Below are positions 1-10,990 of a stretch of 64,000 nt of DNA, piece by piece; the stretch's first letter is position 1; every line of letters begins with the position of its first letter. The notes below the pieces were generated by a model. The model saw nothing but the letters and a program-made list of their open reading frames with translations. It had not been told where the DNA came from and did not search any database. The stretch spans positions 688,387 to 752,386 of the forward strand of contig BDGG01000002.1 of NCBI GenBank assembly GCA_001949185.1, in the 5' to 3' direction. Source of the DNA: Ramazzottius varieornatus. Taxonomy: Eukaryota > Animalia > Tardigrada. The position numbers were made by a program, and so were the translations under genes.

Positions 1-2
1 TG

Positions 3-264
3 AAGTACCAGAGACTCGAAGGCAGCTACTTCTTTTGTCCAGTTGGTTTCGAGACCTTCGGTCCTGCAGCCACCAGCCTCTTGAGAGAGATAAGAGGAAG
101 AATGGCTGACCGAACCGGGGAAAAGAGATCCTCGGAATTTTTGAGAGAGAATTAGCATTGATACTCAGAGGGGTAACGCAGCCCGTGTTTTAGGCACGTT
201 CCCTTTTTCTCGCGGTTTGGATGAGATTTTTTACATTTTAAATGTGAGTAGCGAGATGGTCTAG
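3..264 (+). mobile_element. 3' end of a CRE/R2-type non-LTR retrotransposon ORF (restriction-like endonuclease C-terminus), frameshifted
   Basis: Manual translation gives KYQRLEGSYFFCPVGFETFG...RTGEKRSSEFLRE/ISIDTQRGNAARVLGT, matching the KY..L...F.P...ET.G...QRISI.IQRGNA..VLGT motif of CRE-clade elements. One frameshift near 150. Confidence 0.75.
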
Positions 265-1268
265 CGTGTTTTTGTTTTCCAAGCTTGACTCAGACTTTTT
301 GTTAATATCGTTAGCTATGTGCTGTTTGTTGTTAACCGCAAACCTCGTATACTGAATAAAATTATAAAAAAAAGTAAAACAAATGAATCAGATTTTTTTG
401 TCTGTATAATCCTGGACACGATGAGGGACAGAAACAAAGAGACGAGCAGGAGCCAGAAACGACATGTGGTGAAAGAGTGCGGAGCCTTCGTTCTGATTGG
501 GATATTACACCACCACACTGCAGCGACTCTGTTTGCCAATCTGGTGACCGAATCAATCAAGCCCAAAGAAGACGCTTATCAATGGTGATGCAGTTGTTGG
601 TTAGACCAAGTTTTCGTGTTTATGTGTGTGAAGTTGGCGTTGGTAAAATTGTCTCAAGTTCCGTCAGTATGAGAGCATCGTCTGGCTAGCTATTGTGTCG
701 AGCGACGGTCTTTGTGTTTAGTCGCCACATTACTACAGTGTGGGTGGGTTATGAAGTGTATGAAGCTTTTCATAACCTGCATGTTTCTACTATTTGGCGA
801 CTGTGTCTGTAAGCTGCGCGATCTTCCACCATTCGGACACCATTCTGCTGTAGTACCTTCGACAAAGACGTTAATACATACACCAGCAGTTGAATGACTT
901 TGAGAAGTCTTTGGGCCACGCCCAACTTACCAGAAGACGAAGACGGTGCTGCTAGCCAGCAGAAAAAACACCAGTGGGAGGAAGAACCAGGCCATGACCG
1001 AGTTGTGGGTTTCTGAAGCCAACAGACCTGCGCTGGACACTTCCGCAAACTTTAGATCAGTGAAAGTTTCCCTACCCGTGGCGCATTTTGTGGCACCCAG
1101 ATTAACAAAATAACTGCACAGCGGCTCCCCTATCGGTAGATGGTTTCTTCCGTACCACGACACGGTTGATTTCGGAAGAGGATTCCAGTAGAAACAGCCG
1201 TCATCTTCTTCCGATTCCAGGTAGTCCTAGCCAAACAGAGATGAAAGAGGCCGACTGGTAAAACAGTA

Positions 1269-1445
1269 CACGTACGGCAAGAAATTATGGGACAGGCGGT
1301 AAGGACTGCAAAATGGAAAAGCAACTGGAGAGAAGCGTCGGAAAGTGTACTAGAATGGATCAGCTGTACACGTAAGTGCTTCCATACCGTCATAGCCAAA
1401 AGGCTCGTCCCGTGGTTACTGTCTGATTATTTCTCGTCGTACGCG
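1269..1445. mobile_element. MITE family 2 copy (CAC...GTG-type ends, TA flanks)
   Basis: ta|cacgtacggcaagaaattatggg ... gattatttctcgtcgtacgcg|ta; homologous to 8197-8396, 16137-16254 and 51846-52293. Confidence 0.7.
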
Positions 1446-1447
1446 TA

Positions 1448-1478
1448 CCGGCCCCGGCCCCGGCCCCGGCCCCGGCCC
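1448..1478. repeat. (GCCCCG)n microsatellite, ~5 units
   Basis: ccggccccggccccggccccggccccggcccc read directly from the sequence. Confidence 0.9.
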
Positions 1479-2932
1479 TAACTGTCGGATGGAACAAAAC
1501 GTGTTGTTGACGATCTCAAGACCACGGCTCTGTTCATCCATTATGATGCAGAATGCAAAGCTCCTTTTCGGAGTCTGGGCAGATGTTTTTGTCCCATCCA
1601 ACGATTAGGACAAGTGCAAGTGGTGGAAATGACTTGTACGCATGGAAAACGGACCGAAAATATTCCTGATTCGTTGTCGAAAGACTGAACCAAACTGTGG
1701 GTTGCTCTTTCGGAGTAGCGGTTCAAGTTGAGGGTGCCCAGACGAGTCGTAAAATTTCGAATTTTGAATTTCTGAAGGTCTTTGCCGGAAAATCGAGACA
1801 TGTTGGTGCTTTCTATGACTATGCCGTGCAAAACCTGAAGTCGACAAAGTTTGGATGTATGAAAACAGTCTTCGGCTGCGCCTTTACCTGTCCGAGAATT
1901 TCCACGGCTTGGTAGACGGTTACCAGATAGGGCACTGGCTGTGAAACCGAGCTGATTGATGCCGTTCACGTACATACAATATACATGAGTCGAAGTTCTT
2001 GCTGTACACGCGCAGTTTGGAACAGTGAAGAATTTGGACAAGGCGATCCCTATTTCGTGGAGCGAAAGTTCGTAAATTTGAGTGCAGTTCACACCACTGC
2101 GCTTTTTTATCCCTTTTCTACGGTTGGATTTTGAGTTTGCCGTCTTTTCCGTCTGATTCAGACTTTTTACTGCTCCAAAATTCCCTTCGCGCGTGTACGT
2201 AAGCCTTGGAATATACCGGTACTATAGGAAAATTTGTTGTGTTGGCTACAGGATTTTCCCGAAAATACTCAGACCATTGATTCATAAGTTTGATAGTTTC
2301 CTGGTTTGTGGTTCGCTTAGATCCAACATTAGTGCTGTGCAGCGGCAACACAGTCTGATATGCCTGTTTCACAACCTGTGGGGAAAAACCGACGTAACCC
2401 TGTGAGAACGTACCAGTGTCCGAACAAGTATAATACAGTGTGGTTCCGCCATCAAGTATTACCACATCGTCTTCGTCATGATTTTGCCAAGTGAAGTTCC
2501 CGTAAAATGGATGCGGAAATGGCTGACCGGCAATGAATACGCACTCACCGCCCGTCATCTTTCCCTAGCGATCGGTTGTACGTATAAAGGTGTTTAAAAA
2601 ATATCTGTGGTTACTTTATTTGAAGTGAACTTGCATCTACAGATGCATTGGCTAATTCAGAATATCGGTACTGTGGAAACTAAAAACTACTTTTAGAAAA
2701 CAAAAGCCCAAATCAGTGGAATTCATTATTCACACTTGCGCGTCATCGATGCAGCGAATGGGCGCCCCGTTCAGTGATGACGAATTTATTTGGGATTAGA
2801 GCGGCGATGCATACTCCAGTGAAACAGATCGTTCTTGTTATCGAAAGTTCGGAACGCTGTCGCAAAATGGCTGCGGAAGGGAGCCGGCGTTTGGTACAAG
2901 AGTAAATTCAACGATAAGAAACAAATGTGGAG

Positions 2933-5100
2933 TCATTCTTGTGGCGCTGTTGCGTATTTATTAGGGTCAAGTACGTAGCTGATCTTGTTGGTCAAACTTG
3001 ACGTGAAACGCTTCTTGAGTTCTTGTTCACTAGGACGTTCGTCGTTCCACTTATCACCGGCGTTTTCTTTCTTCTGCGTACGAAAAGCTAAGACGTGATC
3101 TACGAGGAAGAAGACCGAATAAATTAAGTGAGGAGCGCCAGTGTACCGATTTATTGAGTGTGCACCAGAATGGGTGTGCGTTGGCACCAGAGTGGGTCCA
3201 ACCGCCGCTACACGAAAGCGCAGAGAAACTCGTGCACTTTCCGTAGAAGGCAGTCCAGTTCTTTTGTCCAAACAACTTCACAAACCCGACACCGTCAGGC
3301 TTTATTTCCGAAAGCGAGATGACTTCGTCGTTGTTGATCAGCAGATGGAACATGACTTTCCGGGCGTACTCTGTTGCGTGTTTGGATTTTTCCTGGAGCT
3401 TCCTTAAGCCTTTCTTGTCCACCCACATCTCGGACTTTCCTAACCGGCAAAATCTTTCGCGATCGGCTTTCGGTCCACGTTCGAACTTCCATTTGATCAT
3501 GGGAATAATAACAGCACGAAATTTATTCAGTATTGCACTCAATTCGCCGATACTATCTGAACAGTGAAGCAGCGTGAAACTCAGCGGTAATCATACAAGG
3601 CGAATTCTAAACGATCTACTGTTTGAAAAGAACACTGGAACATCGAGTTACCTTTGGCTCTCGGCTTTCGGGTCTTCCCAGCAGCTCCGTTCATTTTCAG
3701 CAGCTTATGGTAGTCTGAAAAACAGGAGCTTGTTTTGGGAGAAAATTAAAATATGAAGTGTCGGCTGGTCATACATTGAAAATTCTTCTTGTAAATATCT
3801 TGCTTCTTGGCCCATGCTTCCTTTGTGGCGTGGTCCACTTGGTTGGTCGGTGTGACTTCTCTCGAATGGCTGGTCGAACGCAGCCCTGTGAAGAATATTG
3901 CAATCCTAACGCTACCGTACCACTTGAGTGGTCGAAATTAATTCTATTCACATACCTGATCTTTGGTTTGCCGACATGTTCGTGTATCCATCTTCAGAAC
4001 GAACTTTACTGCTTTCACGAGAGCTATCGCAGTCTGCAATCAGCATTGTCATTAAACAATTTTGTCACTCATCATATTAGAATTATCATGTTTACTAACA
4101 TTTCTCCTTGCTTGGCGAATACTCGTTTCCCGTGAAATTTTCCGGATCGTATGATTCCTCTTCGGCGTACTCTTCCGTTCCGGTTGATAACTTATCAACA
4201 GCAATACTGCGGTCTGCGGTTGTATCACGGAAATATGAAGCGGATGGACCAGGACTGTGGACTCACTTCGAAAGAATGAACAGAGCTTGTAGTAGAAAGA
4301 GAACGACGGGGCATCTTTGTTGTCGAATGTTGTGACTGTAGGTCAGTGTCTTCTTCCTCCATTTCGTCGCTGCTGGTGTGCAGGAGACGCACTCTTGTGC
4401 CATTCTTTCTTTGCTCTTTGACTGACTAGACGACTGCGTTTGGACGTCATCTCTTGCTCTCTTTATTCTAGCAGCAGTCTTTTTCCTTTCTTCGGTGCCT
4501 TGTAGAGCTTCTTGTTCTGGGAAAGAGGAAACAGAAAGTGGGTCACGAGCGGAACGTATCAATAACATGGGATTTTGGTAGCCAGTCTGTATTAAAGTTT
4601 TTGTAAATATTTGGCTAAAAGATCTGTTCATTCTATAGTGGCCATACCTTGTTCTTTCGGTCCTCTTCGAGCACAGTAAACTGTCGCTCCATGTCTTTGA
4701 AGCTATCTCCTACCGCGTAGACGGTGGCTTTGGACTTGTTGAAGGCAGCAGTCCAAAACAGACGAACCTTCATTCCTGGCTTAAGCACTTACTTATGCCG
4801 CTGCTTCTTCTTGTCTTCATCGTGTATTTCTGAAATCTTGTCCGGAAAGATCTTGCTTGGTGGAAGGAGGTGGTAGTAGTCATCGGCGTACTGGAATATG
4901 ACCGTCACCAGAACAACAAGCCCTAGTTCGATTGTTGTTAAAAACGGGAATACCGCATCAAAAGAAAGAGACATTTACGGCCAGCATCCCGTGTTCGAGT
5001 CTGAAGGCTGACAAATTCTTGGCTGACAGGCTTGTTTCCTCCCTCATCAGATGTAGCCACCTGGTCTCGCTGTTTAGCTCTCTTACCGTTTCATTTGGAA
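2933..5100 (-). pseudogene. Transposon-borne multi-exon BEN-domain-like protein, degenerate
   Basis: LGKSEMWVDKKGLRKLQEKSKHATEYARKVMFHLL..E and a spliced last exon ...ELKKRFTSSLTNKI resemble a BEN domain. Upstream exons are charged/low-complexity and contain an in-frame stop near 4789. The 5' limit is approximate. Confidence 0.5.
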
Positions 5101-5379
5101 CCCATGACGAAGGAGAGCAACACCTGCGAACATGTATGGCAAACGACAGCAAGTAATTCGAAATGATGATTAAAACTAATCCGTTTCTCAACGGCTCATT
5201 TCGGTGTTAATAATTATTCTAGAAATAAAATTCAGCAATGTACTGAACGCACGTTGAACGCAGCGTCTGATTAGCTGCGTCATTCATTCCTACGTCACTC
5301 TACAGTATTTCATACGTAATTTCACGTTTTGTTACTGGCTAATTATTTCACGTTTTGTCACGTGCCAGGAGAGGCGATT

Positions 5380-6560
5380 GACTGAGCAAACTCCAGGTTT
5401 CATTAGCTGGACGCCATAAGTCAGCTACCGAACCGGACATTATCCCCACTACAGTACTACCTCGCAAAGGAAATCCGAACGACTGGGCTGGAAGCTCAGA
5501 CGTTGCGGCTACCGACAGTGATCCAACTGTCGATACGACTTCTAGCTTTGACGACGACTGTTCCTCCATGGATTCCGACAGCACGGACTCCGAAGATGAG
5601 ACCAGAGAAGAGAGCACTGCCACAGGTATGCGAGTGAATGCATGTTCCCCTTTCAAAGTTGAGCAGGGCTAGTGTCATAACGGTGCTAAAGTGCGCCACA
5701 CCTCCGAATTACCGGGTGGTTTACCCACTCTTCTGCAATCAGTCTTTTGTTCGCAGTAACGTAATCCAGTCTTTTAGACGACGATGGACAACACACTGTC
5801 GTCGGCTGGACATGTCAGCAAATCTGCATCTTTCGTCTTGCTATCGCCCGGAAAATGAGATAGGGCGAGTAACACGCAAGATTTGCGGCACGCACAATAA
5901 CACAAAGAACATCATGGAAAGTTTCCTAAAGTTGCAGGAATGTACAGCACGCATGGAAAACATGCTGTTTCGGAAACAGCAAGTTTGTGACAACAGCAAA
6001 GAGACTAATGCGAGTGCTCGCATCACCCTACGTCATCAAAGGAGCAGCCGGAGCTTGCCGGTTGGTTGGCCAATCTAGTGTGATCGAAGACGGGGGAGTG
6101 TACGCGGAAGTGAGACGAGAAGGAAGAAAGAGGGAAGAATGTTGGTCGCGAGACAGAGTTTACTGCTTCAGAAAAGCTGCGGTTGAAGTGGAAATTGTTG
6201 TAAGAACGAAAAAGCATAGTCAGTCGCACCAGAAGAATGATGTCAACGAGTGTGCAATGCACATAGACATGATCATAGCAGTTATGGATTGTGAGAAGAA
6301 AAATATTCTACACACATTTGTGTATGCAAAACTGTTCAGAAAGCCGGACGAGAATGAGCTGGAAGACAGAATTGCTGGGTTATCCAGGGCAGAATGTCCT
6401 CATATCTTTTATACTAGACCTTCTGAAAATATTCTGTTGCCTACCTCCGATCTTCAAAAACATGTTGCTTTTCTGGCTTGGTCCGACGATGATTCGGGAA
6501 TTATTGTGAGTCCGCCTTCAAATATCTACATGACTACGTGTATGAATAATACCAATAACA
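5380..6560 (+). pseudogene. CACTA/EnSpm-like transposase remnant (acidic N-terminus joined to C-terminal region, internally deleted)
   Basis: YPLFCNQSFVRSNV...LSSCYRPENEIGRVTRKICGTHNNTKNIMESFLKLQ resembles the LYG..F...NVH...SCF.FE..NG.L...HGT motif of animal EnSpm-like transposases. No complete DDE core is visible. Confidence 0.5.
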
Positions 6561-6949
6561 TCTCTTCAATGAAAAGTATCGGAAGCTATTCGCGTCATTC
6601 GGAACTGCGAAATGACTTGCTGTCCCATACCGGATTGCACCAGAATGGGTCAGCAATTGCTGTGGGTGGGTGAGCAATGGTACCAAAGTGGGTGCTTTGC
6701 CCGTACAGAGAGCATAGCCAAACACTATACAGTAATGGGACAGACAAGCTAAGTGCTCGGGTCTAACACTCGAGCTTTTCTATTTAACTTACCATTCAGT
6801 CAGACAGTGGTCATTCAGTTGGTATCAACTACGATCACCTTCTTCTGCTGCAGTTTTCCGTCGTTAATCTGTCTTTCTGCCTCAATATGGGATAATGGAG
6901 AGATCTTCAGTTGCACGGAAGAAAGGAAAAACTGAAGGGAAAGAAGCTT

Positions 6950-7480
6950 CCGTTGCCAGCGAGTGTGACCAATGCTAACCGTAAGCGCAAGGAGTATTAT
7001 GTTGAGAAGATCTTGGACCGTCGACAGCTGACCAGTTTTTTGGGCTCTCCTTGAGAATACTACGTCAAATGCGATGGTCATCCGGATTCTCAAAATAGCT
7101 GGATTCAACTCTCAGCTTTCGAAACGGATCGGCATTTGCCCGAGGAATTCAATGCTGTGATGGAAAGTGAGAAGAAGCCAGTCAGGAATCGCGTACGTGA
7201 GAAGAGAGACTGGGAACGATTGGCATTTGCAGAAGCGTGTGACGTCATATATAACGCATTGGAAGTTGTGCCAGGCAGTCGGTTGCTGGCTAAAAGCCTT
7301 GTGACGTATTACGCGGAGCAGCTCAAAGAACCTCTAACCACTGACAACCGGAAATCGTTCGAGAAGACAGTAGGAAAAGCCCTCGGACTAGAATTCCCCG
7401 ACCACAAGACCACGTTCAAGCTCGGACCTCGTATGGGTAATAAACAGGACAGATTTCACAAGAACCTTGCTTTCAGTTAG
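6950..7480 (+). pseudogene. Chromodomain plus RFX-like winged-helix ORF inside the transposon, one in-frame TGA at 7052
   Basis: EYYVEKILDRR...*EYYVKCDGHPDSQNSW is a chromodomain pattern and is in frame with ORF 7136-7480. That ORF (ALEVVPGSRLLAKSLVTYY...VGKALGLEFPDHKTTFKLGPRMGNK..FHKNLAF) resembles the RFX DNA-binding domain. Confidence 0.65.
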
Positions 7481-8196
7481 TTCACTGCATCATATGGGAG
7501 GTCGGCAAACTAGCTTGACCACGTCGGTCTACTAAAAGGCGCACGTTCTTGGCGATTCTGGGTGCAATGATGCGCCACTCTGGACAACAATGAAAGCCGA
7601 GCTGTTTGCTCTGTATAAATGCTAAGAGTTGAAGTGTTCATCGGGACAACGCATCAGCATACACTTCGACTCTGTATGATGAACACTTCGACTCTGTACA
7701 GCACATAATTAACGTGTGCTCTATCTCTCTTCCAGAAATTCCTCCAACTGCAGAAGTCAAAACTCTCTCATAACAGAAGTACGACACGCGGGGCATGATT
7801 GAGCAAATAGTCAAGGTTATTTTGTGGTTTTTTCCACTCGAATGCATTTTTACGCTTTGGGTTTACCAGTAAGTTTGCTCAACATTTACTTATTAACATT
7901 CGATTCGCATTTATCGTCAACCGTCTGCATATTAGGCTATTGGCAATGTCCTGAAACTTACCCATAGAGCGTTATGTAGATGCTTAGCCAAATTATCGAT
8001 CGCTAGGGATTTAGCCTGCCTGCTTGGATCTGGAAAAAGATATTTGCTAATACCCGTTGCGATTACTGTGCCGGCTGAACTTCCAAGTGGTGAAACCAGC
8101 GCACACATTATTACTTCCTGAACGTACGAGCAGTTCCCGAAGTTCAGGAGGATAACCGAAGAATAGCAGCACTACGGAAAGACAAATCTTTCCGTA

Positions 8197-8396
8197 GACG
8201 TGTGATGAGAAATTAGAGGGCAGTAAAAACAATGGGATAGGCGGAAAGGACAGCAAAAAGGAAAAGCGACTGTGGGGAAGCGTCGAAAAGTGTATTAGAG
8301 TTTATCAACCGTTTAAGTACGTGCTTCCGCACCGCCACAGCCAAAAGGCCTGTTCCATTATTTTTTTTGCTGTCCCACAATTTCTCGTCGTGCGTG
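8197..8396. mobile_element. MITE family 2 copy, intronic in the receptor pseudogene
   Basis: Aligns end to end with 1269-1445; TA flanks. Confidence 0.7.
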
Positions 8397-9324
8397 TACT
8401 GGCAATTCTGTTACGGATGTCTGCTGCAGGCTTCTTTGCTCACTGGTCTGCAGCGCTCACCACGACTTTCCGTAGACATCCTTGTTAGGGCACTAGCGAA
8501 GTCCATGTTTCCTTTCGTCGAATCGTACGTTATGCGGATAGTTCGAAAGTGCAGTTTTCCGAGTAGTGCTATAGTTCCGGCCTGTCAAATGTATAAAACG
8601 CAGATCTGGCGCCTTCATCCACTACGGCGTAAAGCGATCTCCACTGATGCTTTCGTAGAAGCTCATAGTATAATGCCCTTGTGCACGCGAAAAGAAAGAC
8701 GTTCGTTGTGACCCCCGTTGGACTCATGGCTCTATCCCGAATAGTTATTTCCGAGTCTGCGCTGAAAAGGGATGGTATGAAATTACCAATGAAACAATAA
8801 TCACAAAAAGAGACAGTCAAAGAGGCGCAGTTACGCGGTAATCAACAAGACGTCCCAGTTCGCAGTCAATTGATTCAGCATTGGGGCTTCCGTACATCCC
8901 GACGTCAGGCTAGCGACGGTATCCTCAGGGTGCGTCAAAGCTTCAGGGTAGTACCATCTTGCCAGTAGGTCCTGTGCGTTATTGGTGAACTGACCACAGG
9001 TTGTTCCCCAGACGCCGTGCAGATAGGTGTGCGAAAAAGTAAAGTATTGATCATATCGTCGCAGCTCGCTCACGCCGTTCTCGAAAGCTGGTTTCAATAC
9101 GGAAACGGATGCAAGCGTGGCGAAATCAACGCTAACAGGTGAAACGATTCTGAAGTGTGGTTTTGCAGTAACGGATCAATAACTCGACGGAAAAGGACTC
9201 ATCAGAACTACGGTAAGCGGGTGAGATTGCAAGGGGTCAGACTGGTCCGGCAGATAACTGACACAACTAATCGACGTTGGGATGCCGTCTGTCAAAAGTA
9301 ACGTCCTCTACGGACAACATGCCC

Positions 9325-9525
9325 ACCGAGCTCACCGAGCTCACCGAGCTCACCGAGCTCACCGAGCTCACCGAGCTCACCGAGCTCACCGAGCTCACCG
9401 AGCTCACCGAGCTCACCGAGCTCACCGAGCTCACCGAGCTCACCGAGCTCACCGAGCTCACCGAGCTCACCGAGCTCACCGAGCTCACCGAGCTTACCGA
9501 GCTTAGCTTACCGAGCTCACCGAGC
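9325..9525. repeat. Tandem 9-bp repeat (ACCGAGCTC), ~22 units
   Basis: Near-perfect array read directly; explains the TEL/SSV/HRA repeat ORFs. Confidence 0.95.
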
Positions 9526-9602
9526 TGGAAAACAACAGGATTACATCTGAGAATTGCTACGGCGTTTTCGCATGTAAAAAAACCGCCACCATAATGCCAA
9601 GA

Positions 9603-10383
9603 GCGGAGGTTTTGGGCGTTAACCACAACGCCGACAACCAATGAACAACAGCCAACTGCTGGATTTATTTTACAATGAGCAGAACACTAACAGTAAAACA
9701 GAAACGTATACCATAAAACAGGAAATCTCATGAGGTAAAACGCGAAAGACAACCGAAAATGAAATTATGAGTTCAGTAAGGGATGCGAGCACCGGAGTTG
9801 TTGATACACTCAGTCATTCTGCTGTACATCGAGCTCACCAGGTTTCTGCAGTACTGGGGAGTAACAATTACCTTCCATGCTTCCTGAATTAGAGTGTCAA
9901 GCTCCTCAGGATCTTTCGATCGCAGATATACATTCATTTTTTCCCAGACATTCTCGATGACANNNNNNNNNNNNNNNNNNNNNNNNNNNNNNNNNNNNNN
10001 NNNNNNNNNNNNTGTCATCGAGAATGTCCGGGAAAAAATGAATGTATATCTGCGATCGAAGACCGAAAGATCCTGAGGAGCTTGACACTCTAATTCAGGA
10101 AGCATGGAAGGTAATTGTTACTCCCCAGTACTGCAGAAACCTGGTGAGCCCGATGTACAGCAGAATGACTGAGTGTATCAACAACTCCGGTGCTCGCATC
10201 CCTTACTGAACTCATAATTTCATTTTCGGTTGTCTTTCGTGTTTTACCTCATGAGATTTCCTGTTTTATGGTATACGTTTCTGTGTTACTGTTAGTGTTC
10301 TGCTCATTGTAAAATAAATAAATCCAGCAGTTGGCTGTTGTTCGTTGGTTGTCGGCGTTGTGGTTAACGCCCAAAAACTCCGC
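9603..10383. mobile_element. Two inverted Tc1-like transposase 3' ends flanking an assembly gap
   Basis: 9603-9962 and 10013-10383 are near-identical inverted copies. They encode VIENVWE...LIQEAW...CRNLVSSMYSRMTECINNSGARIPY, a Tc1 DDE C-terminus. Confidence 0.8.
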
Positions 10384-10599
10384 CCAGTTTCGGGTGACCA
10401 TATTGGCGTACACTGTATTTCACCCACCATCCGCGCGGTTTCTTTACACGCGCCCCGACTCAAACCTGTCCCGCATCATTGGCACTTTGAGGTACTGTAT
10501 ACACCAGATGTCACCGAAGGAAACCGACAGAGAGAAGAAACACATAACTTACGCGTTCACACGGTGAACAGCTGAACGCCCAAGTGACCAGCTACTTTA

Positions 10600-10990
10600 G
10601 GCTTAAGGGACTAGTCGACGATGAAAAGATGGACGCAGTTGTAACTGACCCTTGAACTCTTTGGGGCGGTGGAATCGTAGACTTTTTCCATGACTATCTT
10701 TGCTTATTAGTTTTGCACCGGTTGTGGAACTCTCGTGGCCGCTATTACGAACGCAACTTGGCAAGATGGTGCCTCTAACGGAAGGGCCTTCTCTGAGCTA
10801 CCTTTGCAAGGACAAACCACCCTCGGCTCTATCCCGTTCAGACTGAGCGATTCCTGTCTGTCGGCGCAACAAGGTTTACTGTTCATCAAGGAGATCATTG
10901 TTAACTCGGTTCAAGGAGTGGATGCGAGAGGAACGATCAGATTAGAAAAGTACCATTCATTGTTCGAGGACCTTTCGATCTGGTTTTCGC
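10600..10990 (+). pseudogene. UDP-glycosyltransferase pseudogene, N-terminal-domain fragment
   Basis: FSELPLQG..LSAQQGLLFIKEIIVNSVQGVD..SLFEDLSIWF aligns with the paralog at 14590-15384; contains stops. Confidence 0.75.

Larger units (their letters stand above)
2563..8008. mobile_element. 5.45-kb degenerate DNA transposon, probably CMC/EnSpm-like, with 12-bp TIRs CCCTAGCGATCG
   Basis: Perfect inverted 12-mers at 2563-2574 and 7997-8008. Removing the element plus a 4-nt near-duplication (CTTT/ATTT) restores the host exon frame RLN-MTGG. Confidence 0.8.
927..9202 (-). pseudogene. ANF-receptor / receptor guanylyl cyclase-like ectodomain plus TM gene, multi-exon, disrupted by stops, frameshifts and a 5.45-kb transposon
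   Basis: Collinear fragments: KPAFENG..LLARWYY..GC.E..LNQLTANWDVLLIT; LLRKHQWRSLYAVVDEG; SR/VLLFFGYPPELRELL; IQAGRLN|MTGGECVFIAGQPF..YGNFTW; VVKQAYQTVL; FSGKDL..RNFTTRLGTLNL; WYGRNHLPIGEPLC followed by a hydrophobic TM segment. GT-AG junctions link several pieces. Confidence 0.7.

Noticed and set aside
9267-9641. TEL/SSV/HRA repeat ORFs as real proteins
   Set aside because: By-product of a stop-free 9-bp tandem repeat with no other coding evidence.
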